Of a stretch of DNA of 64,000 nucleotides, positions 1 through 9,441 are shown piece after piece. The notes beneath the pieces were generated by a model. It made no database searches. It was given only the letters and a program-made list of their open reading frames with translations, and was not told where the DNA came from. This DNA comes from Thermoproteota archaeon (lineage in GTDB: Archaea > Korarchaeota > JAOZGF01 > JAOZFZ01). The DNA is taken from assembly GCA_027492035.1 (NCBI GenBank), contig JAOZFT010000032.1, forward strand, positions 7,170 to 71,169, in the 5' to 3' direction. Position numbers and translations under genes: made by a program. Position 1 is the first letter of the stretch; each line of letters starts with the position of its first letter.

Positions 1-852
1 CAAAGCAGTTAAGTTTCCAATGGTCATTGTTAAAATAGATAAGACAACCAGTATCATCCCGTAATTGAAAACTTCAGGCTTAAAAACTGTGAAAAAAACC
101 CTTAACAGAGCATAAATACCTGTTTTTATAACAACTCCTGACAGAAGAGCACTTATGGGGGAAGGTGCAGCTGGGTGTGCATCAGGTAACCATGTATGGA
201 AGGGAACAATTGAAGCCTTTATTCCAAAAGCCACGATCATCATGCCTAATGAAAGATAGAAGAGGGGAGGAGGTGAACCTGAAAAAGCAAGTTTTGTAAG
301 ATACTGAAGATTTAAAGTCCCTGTTAAACCGTAAATTAAAGCTATCGAGAAAAGATAAGTTGCTGACCCTGAAGAACTCATCACAAAATACTTTAAAGCT
401 GCCTCAACAGGCTCCATTTCTTCTTTCCTGAAAGCAACTAAAACATAAGAGGAAATGGACATCATTTCCCAGAAAATAAATAGAGTGAATAGGTCCCCTG
501 AAAAAGTTACACCAACCATTCCAGCAATCATGGTTTGAACCAGCGTGTAGTAGGTAGTTAAGCCTGTGTCATGTTCCATGTAACGAATAGAGTAAAAAGT
601 AGCTATCAAACCCATACCTAGAAAGAGAGTTGAAACATAAATTGTCAACATGTCTGCAAAAAACACTGTGTAAAACTGTTTACCTGTAACTTGCACGATT
701 AAGTAGTCTTTGTAAATAAAGTAAATGGCTGCGATGAAACCTAAAGTAGCCCATACGCCGCTTAAATACTTAAACTTTATTTTCCTCCCTAAGTAATCAA
801 TTAAAGGAGTTAGTAACGCGAAAACTATTAAGGAAAGGAAAGGGTAAATCAA
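1..852 (-). CDS. nuoN: NADH-quinone oxidoreductase subunit N (partial; C-terminus beyond window start)
   Basis: The minus-strand frame reads through the window edge. Translation is a multi-TM antiporter-like protein (..FHTWLPDAHPAAPSPISALLSGVVIKTGIYALLRV..). A TTG start at 852-850 follows the nuoM stop. The ORF track missed it because it is truncated at the window edge. Confidence 0.7.
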   Translation of the reverse strand, partial: MIYPFLSLIVFALLTPLIDYLGRKIKFKYLSGVWATLGFIAAIYFIYKDYLIVQVTGKQFYTVFFADMLTIYVSTLFLGMGLIATFYSIRYMEHDTGLTTYYTLVQTMIAGMVGVTFSGDLFTLFIFWEMMSISSYVLVAFRKEEMEPVEAALKYFVMSSSGSATYLFSIALIYGLTGTLNLQYLTKLAFSGSPPPLFYLSLGMMIVAFGIKASIVPFHTWLPDAHPAAPSPISALLSGVVIKTGIYALLRVFFTVFKPEVFNYGMILVVLSILTMTIGNLTAL

Positions 853-877
853 GTTTATGTTTTGGAAGTTTATCAAT

Positions 878-2347
878 TCAAGCCACCCCTCCAATAAGGT
901 TTATAAAGTTGTGGACATAGGGCACTATTATCTTTAAAACAGGAGTTGGGTAAACTCCAAGCACCACAGCTAAAACAGTAAGTAAACCCATGGGTATCAG
1001 CATGGATAAAGGTGCATCTTTAACATTTGTTAAGTTTTCGGGTAATGGGCCAAAGTAAACTTTCCTAATCATCCAAAGCATGTAACCAACTGTCAAAGCT
1101 GTTGAAACAACCCCTATAATTGTCAAAAACGGGTGATGAGCCTGGAAACCCCCCTCAAAAATTAACCATTCACTTTGAAAACCATTTGTTGGAGGTGCAC
1201 CTGCAATACCTAAAGCCCCAACTAAAGCAGCTGTTGCTGTCACAGGCATTTTGTCAGCTAAGCCGTTCAACTTGTCCATGTTCCTTAAACCTGTTTGGTA
1301 AGTAATTGCCCCAACTGTCATAAAGAGAAGCCCTTTACATATTCCATGGTTTACAATGTGGAAAACTGAACCTGTTAAGCCTTGGATTGAAACCATGCTT
1401 AACCCAAAAGTTATGTAACCCATTTGACTTATGCTTGAGTAAGCAAGTAGTCTTTTCATGTCATCTTGAACTAAAGCCATGGCTCCACCGTAAATCATTG
1501 AAAACAAAGCTATTCCCGCCACTACATAAACAAACTCAATCCATGTAGGTGCAAAAACAGTGACAACCATTCTCACCAAGGCGTAAGCCCCTATTTCACT
1601 CATCACTCCACTCAACAACACGCTTATAGGTGTAGGTGCTTCTGCGTAAGCGTCAGGCAGCCATGTATGGAAGGGGAATAAACCCATTTTGAAAGCAAAG
1701 CCTAAGAAAAGCAGGGTGGCTATCAAGGTTTGTGCAGACCTTTGAAGCAGAGAAACCTGGGTAGGTAAATCTGAAATTGTGAAAGTGTGGGTTGGGGTTA
1801 AAACATAAATTGAAAGTATGCCGAACAATATAGCTATGGCCCCTACATGTGTGAAAAGGAAGTATTTGAAAGCCACTTTCTTGGCTTCCTTGTACCCCCA
1901 TTCAGCAATTAAGAAATAGGAAGGAACAAGCATTAACTCCCAGAACAAATAGAATTGGAGAAGGTTTGTTGATAACACTACACCAAGCATTCCTGCAACG
2001 TAAAGGACATATAAAGCAAAATATGAACCGTATTCTCCCCCGTAATCAGAGTAATTTATTGAGTAAATTGCTGTAATGGTCCCTAAAAAGGTGATCATTA
2101 AAGCTGGAGCAGCGCTTAAACCATCAACTAATAACCCGAAATTGAAGAAGTCAGTCCAACGGTATGTTTCAAGAATAGTTCCTCCATAGAAAACCTTAAT
2201 GGAGGAAAGTACAATGATTGCTGTCGATACAGCTAATGGAATAAAGGCTAACCAGCTTGTTTTTCTCTTCAGTTTCCCACCTAAGAAGTAAATTATAGGT
2301 GATGCTAAAACAGGAAGAATCACTGAAACAAGTAATAAATTATCCAT
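878..2347 (-). CDS. nuoM: NADH-quinone oxidoreductase subunit M (proton-pumping antiporter-like)
   Basis: 489-aa polytopic membrane protein carrying the HTWLPDA motif characteristic of NuoL/M/N. Its position in the nuo operon fits subunit M. Confidence 0.8.
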   Translation of the reverse strand: MDNLLLVSVILPVLASPIIYFLGGKLKRKTSWLAFIPLAVSTAIIVLSSIKVFYGGTILETYRWTDFFNFGLLVDGLSAAPALMITFLGTITAIYSINYSDYGGEYGSYFALYVLYVAGMLGVVLSTNLLQFYLFWELMLVPSYFLIAEWGYKEAKKVAFKYFLFTHVGAIAILFGILSIYVLTPTHTFTISDLPTQVSLLQRSAQTLIATLLFLGFAFKMGLFPFHTWLPDAYAEAPTPISVLLSGVMSEIGAYALVRMVVTVFAPTWIEFVYVVAGIALFSMIYGGAMALVQDDMKRLLAYSSISQMGYITFGLSMVSIQGLTGSVFHIVNHGICKGLLFMTVGAITYQTGLRNMDKLNGLADKMPVTATAALVGALGIAGAPPTNGFQSEWLIFEGGFQAHHPFLTIIGVVSTALTVGYMLWMIRKVYFGPLPENLTNVKDAPLSMLIPMGLLTVLAVVLGVYPTPVLKIIVPYVHNFINLIGGVA

Positions 2348-2354
2348 TTCATTT

Positions 2355-4367
2355 TCACCCTAAAACCCAGTAAAAAACAATGAAGAGGAACCCTAACAAT
2401 ATAAGGATCATGTTCCAACTTAGAACCCCTGTCTGAATTCTCCTGAATACGTTTGAAAACCATTTGCCCACGTCAGCTATGAAGTAATTGAATTGATCAA
2501 TTTCATACTCTAACGTTCTAAAGATTAATCTAGATAAACCAATTACGCCGTACACAAAGACTTTATAGTAGAAAGAGTTAATGTACCATCTGTTCCAGAG
2601 GAAGGTATACAGTCCCTTAAGTATAGTTGATTTTTTAATTAGTTCAAGGGGTGAAGCTGTTCTTGAAACGTAGAGGAAGTAAGCCGGCACCCCACCTAAA
2701 ACAAGAACTATTATAGTGACTATGAAAGTGGGTGAAGTGAAGGTTTCAGTTGCAAAAGTAGGTAAACTAGTTATCTCCACATGTGGAAGCACAGGTGAGA
2801 AGAACCCTTGGAGGAACGGTTGAAAAGCTCCACCTATAAGGGTAAAGAAGGCTAACACAATTAGAGGCACCCACATAATGGGTGAGGGGTCACGTATGTG
2901 GTGCCCCTCCTTCTCCAGTTCTTTTACATGTTCACTTTCTTCACCTAGGAAAGTCATCCCTATCATTCTTATGCTGTAAAAGAAGGTGAAGGCAGCTGTA
3001 ACTGCTGCAACAATTAAAAGCGGAATGTGGTTGGTTAAGTAACAAGCGTGGAATATTGTTTCTTTGCTCCAAAAACCTGCGAAAGGGGGTATTCCTGAAA
3101 GGGATAAAGCACCTATAAGCATTACCGTGAAAGTGATAGGCATCTTACCTTTTATTCCACCCATTTCATCCATGTAAATTGTTTCAGTGGCGTGAAGTAC
3201 AGCTCCTGCTCCAAGGAAAAGTAACGCCTTGAAAATAGCGTGGCTCATTAAATGGAAAACACCTGCTGAGTAACCAGCTACGAACTCTTTTGAAGCCTCA
3301 AAAGCCAACCCTCCAACACCCAAGGCAAGCATCATATACCCTATCTGCGAAACCGTGGAGTAAGCTAAAACCTTCTTTAATTGACGTGAAACCATGGCTA
3401 TTGACCCTGCAAGGAAAGCTGTGAAACCACCAATCCATGCAACTGTTAAAAAGAATGGTTGAATAGCTTCAAAAGCTAAAGCATGAGACACATAAGCTGC
3501 ATAGAATATTAAACTGACCCTTGCCACAAGGTAAACTCCAGCTTTCACCATTGTAGCTGCATGAATTAGGGCGCTTACTGTTGTCGGGCCAGCCATAGCT
3601 TCAGGCAGCCATACATGTAAAGGAAACTGAGCTGATTTACCAATAGGTCCTAAAAACAAAAGTAACGTTGTTAAGGTTAGTAACCCTGCGGAAGTTAATT
3701 GCCCAAGCCACTGGAAATTCCTTTGTAGTTCCATGAAGTTAAATGTTCCAGAGTAAAGGTAAATAATAAGCATTGCAGCAAGTAAGCCAACGTCTCCAAC
3801 TCTTGTTGTAACAAAGGCTTTCATTCCGCAATGTGAAGGAGGATATATCCCCAGCCAATGTTTCTTTTCATCGCGGTACCAGAAACCAATTAACGCGTAA
3901 CTGCATAAGCCTACCCCCTCCCACCCAATATATAACTGCAAGAAATTGTCTGATAAAACCAAGAGAACCATTGAACTTATGAAGAAGTTCATGAAGAACC
4001 AGTACCTCATCTTACAAGGGTCTTCCCGCATGTACTCAAGGGAGTAAAACATTATCAGGAACCCTATATCCGCAGCAATGTTAGCCATGAACACGCTTAA
4101 GGGATCAATTAATACTCCTGCTTTTATGTTTAAAAGCCAAGGAATTTGCCAATCGAAAGGGATACCGTGCTTTACGCCATTAATAATTACGTTTCCTGAC
4201 AAGACGTCAGGTATCATTGAAAGAGCTGATGCAGCAGCTGCAAATGAAAAGAAAACTTCTAAGTAATTCATTACTCTCTCGCTTATTTTATTTAATAAAG
4301 GAGAAAGTATGGCTCCTATAGCCGGAACAAAAATCGCTAACCAAGGAGCATATGGAAGCATCACCAT
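2355..4367 (-). CDS. nuoL: NADH-quinone oxidoreductase subunit L
   Basis: 670-aa antiporter-like subunit (HVWLPEAMAGPT motif) with a long C-terminal extension typical of NuoL. It sits between nuoK and nuoM. Confidence 0.85.
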   Translation of the reverse strand: MVMLPYAPWLAIFVPAIGAILSPLLNKISERVMNYLEVFFSFAAAASALSMIPDVLSGNVIINGVKHGIPFDWQIPWLLNIKAGVLIDPLSVFMANIAADIGFLIMFYSLEYMREDPCKMRYWFFMNFFISSMVLLVLSDNFLQLYIGWEGVGLCSYALIGFWYRDEKKHWLGIYPPSHCGMKAFVTTRVGDVGLLAAMLIIYLYSGTFNFMELQRNFQWLGQLTSAGLLTLTTLLLFLGPIGKSAQFPLHVWLPEAMAGPTTVSALIHAATMVKAGVYLVARVSLIFYAAYVSHALAFEAIQPFFLTVAWIGGFTAFLAGSIAMVSRQLKKVLAYSTVSQIGYMMLALGVGGLAFEASKEFVAGYSAGVFHLMSHAIFKALLFLGAGAVLHATETIYMDEMGGIKGKMPITFTVMLIGALSLSGIPPFAGFWSKETIFHACYLTNHIPLLIVAAVTAAFTFFYSIRMIGMTFLGEESEHVKELEKEGHHIRDPSPIMWVPLIVLAFFTLIGGAFQPFLQGFFSPVLPHVEITSLPTFATETFTSPTFIVTIIVLVLGGVPAYFLYVSRTASPLELIKKSTILKGLYTFLWNRWYINSFYYKVFVYGVIGLSRLIFRTLEYEIDQFNYFIADVGKWFSNVFRRIQTGVLSWNMILILLGFLFIVFYWVLG

Positions 4368-4675
4368 CTCAACCTCCTTAATTCACGGACATCCAGTGTC
4401 TTATATCTCCGATAAGCAATTAAGGCTAAAGCAATCCCTACACCTAAAATTGCGCCGTCAATTATTATAGCTGTTATTACAAACCCGTGAGCTAACGGAT
4501 CAATTAAGCCAGAAGCCTGGTTAGCTGAAAAAGCAATGAAAAGCAGGTTAGGTGCTGCAGACATTATTTCCAAACCAATCAATATCCTTATAATGTTTCT
4601 TTTAGTGACTAAGCAATATAGACCTATTGAAAAAAGAATTGCTGCAACTCCCAAGTAAAAACTTATTTGAATCAT
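4361..4675 (-). CDS. nuoK: NADH-quinone oxidoreductase subunit K
   Basis: 104-aa 3-TM protein at the operon position and size of NuoK/ND4L. Confidence 0.8.
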   Translation of the reverse strand: MIQISFYLGVAAILFSIGLYCLVTKRNIIRILIGLEIMSAAPNLLFIAFSANQASGLIDPLAHGFVITAIIIDGAILGVGIALALIAYRRYKTLDVRELRRLRW

Positions 4676-4678
4676 TTC

Positions 4679-4957
4679 CTACATTCCCCCCTTAACTTCT
4701 CTTCTTAAGAGACATAAAATACATATTGTTGCTGTGAAAACCACTATCCCCTGAAAAACAGTGTCGTAAAATCTTTTGCTCCAAAGAATTTCAGCGGTTG
4801 ACCTATATATTCCTTCACTGGCTCTAAGCTCATTTCTTCTCTCCTCAGGTACATTTGAAGCAAATTTTTGCGTTGCAACTATGTTTAAGTAAAGAAGTGA
4901 AACCAGAACTAAGGCTACAACCACTAAACCAACTACGTTTACAGTTTTCACTCCCAT
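4679..4957 (-). CDS. NuoJ C-terminal half-like membrane protein (2 TM)
   Basis: 92-aa ORF between the nuoJ N-terminal piece and nuoK. It has two TM helices separated by a charged loop, which matches the TM4-loop-TM5 topology of NuoJ. Confidence 0.45.
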   Translation of the reverse strand: MGVKTVNVVGLVVVALVLVSLLYLNIVATQKFASNVPEERRNELRASEGIYRSTAEILWSKRFYDTVFQGIVVFTATICILCLLRREVKGGM

Positions 4958-5208
4958 TTACCCCCTTTCGTCATTATTACAGCTAAAAGAAGGAAAACAG
5001 CCGCTGCTCCAGCAAATACCCCTATCTGGAAAAGTGAAACGTAAGGTGCCCCCAAAGTGTAAAATATAATTCCTAAAACAATGCTCATTAAAACAAAAGA
5101 AACAACTGCATAAATGAGGTTTTTTGCTTCAACAGCTAAAACTGCAAAGAAAATTAAAAGTAAACCAAGGCATATTTCAATTATCGGAGCTATAGAGGCC
5201 CAGTTCAT
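4948..5208 (-). CDS. nuoJ: NADH-quinone oxidoreductase subunit J (N-terminal TM1-3 portion)
   Basis: 86-aa 3-TM ORF containing SLFQIGVFAGAAAVFLLLAVIM, which is like the conserved NuoJ TM3 region. It overlaps the next ORF by 10 nt. Confidence 0.65.
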   Translation of the reverse strand: MNWASIAPIIEICLGLLLIFFAVLAVEAKNLIYAVVSFVLMSIVLGIIFYTLGAPYVSLFQIGVFAGAAAVFLLLAVIMTKGGKWE

Positions 5209-5708
5209 TTCTTACCCCTCTCCTTCTTTAAAGGGGCATGTCCAGCTCCCCTCACCTTACTAATCTCTAACTTGACAAGTTTAGGTTTAGGTAAAAGTTT
5301 AGGCCTTTCAGGTTGTTTCGAAAGCTTGTAAGGAGTATAAGTCAACTTGCTTTTTTCGTATTCAGCAAGTTCGACAAGCCAAGTTGACTTTAAAGCTTCA
5401 GATGGGCAGTAATCAACGCAGAAGTTACAGAAACAACATCTGCCGAAATCCAGCTGAGGCTTTTTAAATTTCTTCACTTCACTAAAACCCTCAAGTTCCT
5501 TTACTTCAACAAGCTTTATGGCTGCTGTTGGGCAGACAGATTCGCAAATACCGCATGAAATACATCTTTCTGGAAAGAATTGAATTCTGCCTCTGTAATC
5601 ATCTTCAATAACAGGTGCTTGGAAAGGGTACTTTATAGTGAAGACTCTTCTAAACATATGAGTAAAAGCCAAACATAAAGGCTTCAAAGTTCTAACGACT
5701 ACAGACAT
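5205..5708 (-). CDS. nuoI: NADH-quinone oxidoreductase subunit I (2x[4Fe-4S] ferredoxin)
   Basis: Two CxxCxxCxxxCP motifs (CISCGICESVCP and CCFCNFCVDYCP), at the NuoI operon position. Confidence 0.85.
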   Translation of the reverse strand: MSVVVRTLKPLCLAFTHMFRRVFTIKYPFQAPVIEDDYRGRIQFFPERCISCGICESVCPTAAIKLVEVKELEGFSEVKKFKKPQLDFGRCCFCNFCVDYCPSEALKSTWLVELAEYEKSKLTYTPYKLSKQPERPKLLPKPKLVKLEISKVRGAGHAPLKKERGKK

Positions 5709-5711
5709 TCA

Positions 5712-6731
5712 TTAACCCCCCAAAATCCATGGATAAAAGTAAATTAGATCCATCGTGACTAAAACATTTAAAATAGCTAAAGGGATAAGCCATTTCCAAC
5801 CTATAGACAACAATTGATCTATTCTCAGCCTCGGGTAAGCTCCACGTATAAGTATCAACAAAAATACAAGAATCCCCATTTTAATCAAGATCCAAGCCAT
5901 TGGTGGAAGAAAAGAGGGCCCCAAGTATCCCCCTAAATAAAGCGTAACAAATAAAAGTGTTCCAGCAGCAAAGGTAATGTATTCCCCAAACATTAATAAA
6001 CCGAAAAGTATTCCGCCATACTCTGTTTTCCAGCCGAAAACAAGTTCCTGTTCAGCTGTAGGAATGTCAAAAGGCACTCTCTCAATTTCACCTATTAAAG
6101 CAATAAAGAAAACTAAAGCTCCTAAAGGTTGAAGGAAAGCAAACCAAAGGCGTCTTTGGCTTTCAACTATGTTCACTAAGTTAAATGAACCTGAAAGCAT
6201 AACAACTCCCAAAGCAGAAAGAAGTAACGGTATCTCAGCCGCAACATCTTGGAAAATAACCCTTAAACTCCCTATCACAGTATACCTGTTGTTGCAAGCC
6301 CAACCTGTAATCATGGCAAGTAAAGGAGATAAAGCAAAAACAGCGAAAGCAATAAGTAAACCTAAGTCGCTTGGGAAAACAACCCAATCTTTACTAAAAG
6401 GAATGGCTGTTAACGCCAGCGTAGGAACTGAAGCTACAAAAACAGGTGTTAAATAGTAAGCTGCCTTATGAGCCCTTCTAGGGGGAATAAATTCTTTAAA
6501 AAGCAATTTTAAAGTGTCAGCTATCGTTTGCAGTATCCCAGCCACTTTGCCTACATGTAAAGGACCGTATCTCATCATGACCCTGGCTAAAATCTTCCTT
6601 TCAGCCCAAACTACAATGACAGTGAATAAAGCTATGAAAGCTATTCCTGGTATAAAAACTAATTCAAGAAACAATTTACTTTGTAGAATGTCCCAAATTA
6701 AACTCCATAAATCTGGAGACATATTTTTCAC
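5712..6731 (-). CDS. nuoH: NADH-quinone oxidoreductase subunit H
   Basis: 339-aa polytopic membrane protein between nuoD and nuoI, with a NuoH/ND1-like composition. Confidence 0.85.
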   Translation of the reverse strand: MKNMSPDLWSLIWDILQSKLFLELVFIPGIAFIALFTVIVVWAERKILARVMMRYGPLHVGKVAGILQTIADTLKLLFKEFIPPRRAHKAAYYLTPVFVASVPTLALTAIPFSKDWVVFPSDLGLLIAFAVFALSPLLAMITGWACNNRYTVIGSLRVIFQDVAAEIPLLLSALGVVMLSGSFNLVNIVESQRRLWFAFLQPLGALVFFIALIGEIERVPFDIPTAEQELVFGWKTEYGGILFGLLMFGEYITFAAGTLLFVTLYLGGYLGPSFLPPMAWILIKMGILVFLLILIRGAYPRLRIDQLLSIGWKWLIPLAILNVLVTMDLIYFYPWILGG

Positions 6732-7828
6732 CTGTCACTGTCTAAAGGGAATGGATCTAGACTGAATACTAAAATAGGTAGGTCAGCCACTAAACTCCCC
6801 TTTGAAATATGTCTTAACAAAGACAAGTTTTTGAATGAAGGGGTAGCTATTTTAACCCTGTAAGGGTTAGCTCCCCTTTTGCTTACAACATAAAAATTTA
6901 TTTCTCCCCTTGCAGACTCTACTCTACTAAATGCTTCACCAGGGGGAAGAATCCAAGGGGTTTTGACTTTTACTCGTCCAGAAGGTAACATCTCCAAAAC
7001 TTGCTTCATTATTTTGACGCTCTCCCTCATTTCTTTGTATCTAACCATACATCGGTCGTAAGCGTCTCCCCTTTCCCCAACTGGAATTTCGAAATCAACT
7101 TCTTCATAAGCTGCATATGGTTCATCCTTTCTAACATCCATTTTAACCCCTGAACCGCGTAAGGTTGGACCTGCAGCACCTAACCTTATAGCATCTTTCT
7201 TTTTTAATACTCCAACCCCTTTTGTTCTCATTTCAAACAATTTGTTGTTGAAAAACATGTCATACAGAGTTTTTAATCTTCCTTCGAAATAATCAAGGAT
7301 TTCAAAGGCTTTCTCCTTAAATCCTTCAGGGACATCGTATCTGACACCGCCTGGAACAATGTAAATATAACTGACTCTTGTTTTAGAAAGCATTGCCCCC
7401 AAATCTAGGAAAAGTTCCCTTTCATTTATAGCCCACATTAAAACAGTGTAAAAACCAGCTACAGCCCCCATTAAAGAAGTCCAGTAAAGGTGGCTTGTGA
7501 TTCTGTTAAGTTCACACATGAAAGTCCTAAGTAGTTTAGCTTTCTCAGGCACCCTTATATTCAAAAGTTCTTCCATGGCTTTTACGAAACCTAAATCAAC
7601 ATTTGAAGCATCTAAAATGCAAATTTTCTCAACGGATGGTATAGCCGAAATTATTGTTCTGAATTCGCAAACCTTTTCAATTCCTCTATGTGTGAAGCCA
7701 ATATCTGGAATTAAATCTAACAGGTTCTCTCCATCTGTCTGGAAAAGTACCCTCATTTGTCCACTTGCGGGGTGAACAGGACCCCAAGAAATCCATTTCT
7801 CTTCTAGTTTTTGTTTTTCACTCATCTT
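6728..7828 (-). CDS. nuoD: NADH-quinone oxidoreductase subunit D (49 kDa)
   Basis: Similar to the NuoD/NiFe-hydrogenase large subunit family. The longest ORF extends to 7867, but the internal ATG (MSEKQKLEEKWISWGPVHP) at 7828 avoids a 50-nt overlap with nuoC, so I place the start there. Confidence 0.85.
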   Translation of the reverse strand, partial: KMSEKQKLEEKWISWGPVHPASGQMRVLFQTDGENLLDLIPDIGFTHRGIEKVCEFRTIISAIPSVEKICILDASNVDLGFVKAMEELLNIRVPEKAKLLRTFMCELNRITSHLYWTSLMGAVAGFYTVLMWAINERELFLDLGAMLSKTRVSYIYIVPGGVRYDVPEGFKEKAFEILDYFEGRLKTLYDMFFNNKLFEMRTKGVGVLKKKDAIRLGAAGPTLRGSGVKMDVRKDEPYAAYEEVDFEIPVGERGDAYDRCMVRYKEMRESVKIMKQVLEMLPSGRVKVKTPWILPPGEAFSRVESARGEINFYVVSKRGANPYRVKIATPSFKNLSLLRHISKGSLVADLPILVFSLDPFPLDSDR

Positions 7829-8279
7829 CCTTGACCTCGAAATCTTTTCTGAGGGGAAAGCCTTCATTCCAATCTTCAGGTAAAAGTAGATACGCTAAGT
7901 TAGGGTGTCCTTCAAAAACAATGCCTAAAAGTTCCCATGTTTCTCTTTCATGCCAATTAACTCCTTCCCAAACCTTTATTAACGAGGGAAGGGAGGGGTT
8001 ATCCCTTTGAACACGGGTTTTGAGGGATAAAACAATTCCATCTGCGGTGGAAAGCACATGGTAAACAACAAGGAAATAGCCTTCCTTTATTAAATCAACT
8101 CCCGCCACTGACAAGGGATAATCAAAACCTAGTTTATCCCTAGCAAAAAATGCAGCTTCGATTAATTTCCCTTTAGACACCTCCACAGAAATCCTCTTCT
8201 CTCTTTCAATTTTAACTTCAGCCTCAGGGAAATGTGCCTTAAACTCTTCCAGAAGTTTAGTTTCTTTCATATTCTTCAC
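7818..8279 (-). CDS. nuoC: NADH-quinone oxidoreductase subunit C (30 kDa)
   Basis: 153-aa soluble protein between nuoB and nuoD, NuoC-like. Confidence 0.8.
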   Translation of the reverse strand: MKNMKETKLLEEFKAHFPEAEVKIEREKRISVEVSKGKLIEAAFFARDKLGFDYPLSVAGVDLIKEGYFLVVYHVLSTADGIVLSLKTRVQRDNPSLPSLIKVWEGVNWHERETWELLGIVFEGHPNLAYLLLPEDWNEGFPLRKDFEVKEDE

Positions 8280-8857
8280 TTCTCTTGACTTTTTTTGTTT
8301 TTGTTGCTGTGGGTTGATTTCTGGCCAGTTTTTTCCTCTAAGCTTTCTGAGTTATTCTTTGGAACTATTGCTCCACTCTCTAAATTCTCTTTTCTAATCT
8401 TCTCTTGAAGCATTCTTAAGGCATGGATTTGAGCTTCAGGTCTGGGAGGACAGCCTGGAACAAAAACATCGACTGGAATAACTTTGTCTATCCCCTTAAC
8501 TATACTATATGATTCCTTAAATAAGGCGCCAGTGATGGAGCAATTACCAAGGGCGATGACGTATTTGGGGTCGTAAAGCTGGTCATACATGTGTTTAACT
8601 CTCTTAGCCATTTTTTTAGAAACAATACCTTCAATCACCAGTAAATCATTTTGCCTAGGAGAAGAAATAGGAAGTGTTCCAAAGCGTTCCCAGTCGTAAC
8701 GAGAGCAAGAAACAGCCATGAACTCTACACAGCAGCAACCTGTTTCAAAATGTACTGACCATAAAGAACTCAGCCTTGCCCAATTGGCGACATATTGAAT
8801 CAGGTTATTTAAGGTTTTTATTACTTTAGGCCCTCTCTTCACTTTTCTCAGGGACAT
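8276..8857 (-). CDS. nuoB: NADH-quinone oxidoreductase subunit B (20 kDa, N2 cluster)
   Basis: Carries the GCCCVEFMA, GNCSITG and VPGCPP cysteine motifs of the NuoB/hydrogenase small subunit. Confidence 0.9.
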   Translation of the reverse strand: MSLRKVKRGPKVIKTLNNLIQYVANWARLSSLWSVHFETGCCCVEFMAVSCSRYDWERFGTLPISSPRQNDLLVIEGIVSKKMAKRVKHMYDQLYDPKYVIALGNCSITGALFKESYSIVKGIDKVIPVDVFVPGCPPRPEAQIHALRMLQEKIRKENLESGAIVPKNNSESLEEKTGQKSTHSNKNKKSQEK

Positions 8858-9280
8858 TTACCTTATCAGCTCCTTCCCCTTCATTGAGCTTAGGAAGTAA
8901 GTGATTGCAAACACTACCGTAACTAAATAAACTAACATAGGAAGAACTATTGTAGTTAATGTTTTAAATATGAGGGAGCCTGCAAACAAAATCCAAGTTA
9001 AAGCATCTAACACAAAGAAAATGGCAGCGTAGGAAAAATACCTTATTCCCCCCTTCATCTCATAATATGTTTCTTCTGGAGGAGTCTGGCCGCACTCAAA
9101 AGTCGCTATTTTTTTGGGGTTTGGATTTCTTTTTACAAGAATATAGGAAATTATTACTGTCGTAGCCATGAAAATTGTCATTTCTGCGAAAAATATCCAA
9201 AAAACCAAAGGACCTGGTATATTTATCACATCCACTCCTCCCCCTCCTAACCTTCGGAATGGTTTAGAAATATTATTCAA
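8858..9280 (-). CDS. nuoA: NADH-quinone oxidoreductase subunit A
   Basis: Contains the FECGQTP motif conserved in NuoA/ND3 and is the first gene of the operon. The true start may be downstream. Confidence 0.75.
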   Translation of the reverse strand: MNNISKPFRRLGGGGVDVINIPGPLVFWIFFAEMTIFMATTVIISYILVKRNPNPKKIATFECGQTPPEETYYEMKGGIRYFSYAAIFFVLDALTWILFAGSLIFKTLTTIVLPMLVYLVTVVFAITYFLSSMKGKELIR

Positions 9281-9441
9281 TTATAAATTTTTCTATTTTG
9301 AAAAAACCCTATAGTTCTCTGTTAAAAACTTGTTACAGTTAAAAAAATTTATTTTTTATGTAATATTTCTTTATTTTTTTCAAAACATAATCTTTTTGTG
9401 GGACAAGGAGAGCCTACGCCCTTTTCCACAAGTTCTTATAG

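Noticed and set aside
9281-9441. Promoter call for the nuo operon (TTTATAAT element 8-15 nt upstream of the nuoA ATG on the minus strand)
   Set aside because: The spacing is too short for a canonical archaeal TATA box (about -26) relative to this ATG unless the true nuoA start is an internal Met. Without TSS data I cannot place a promoter with confidence.
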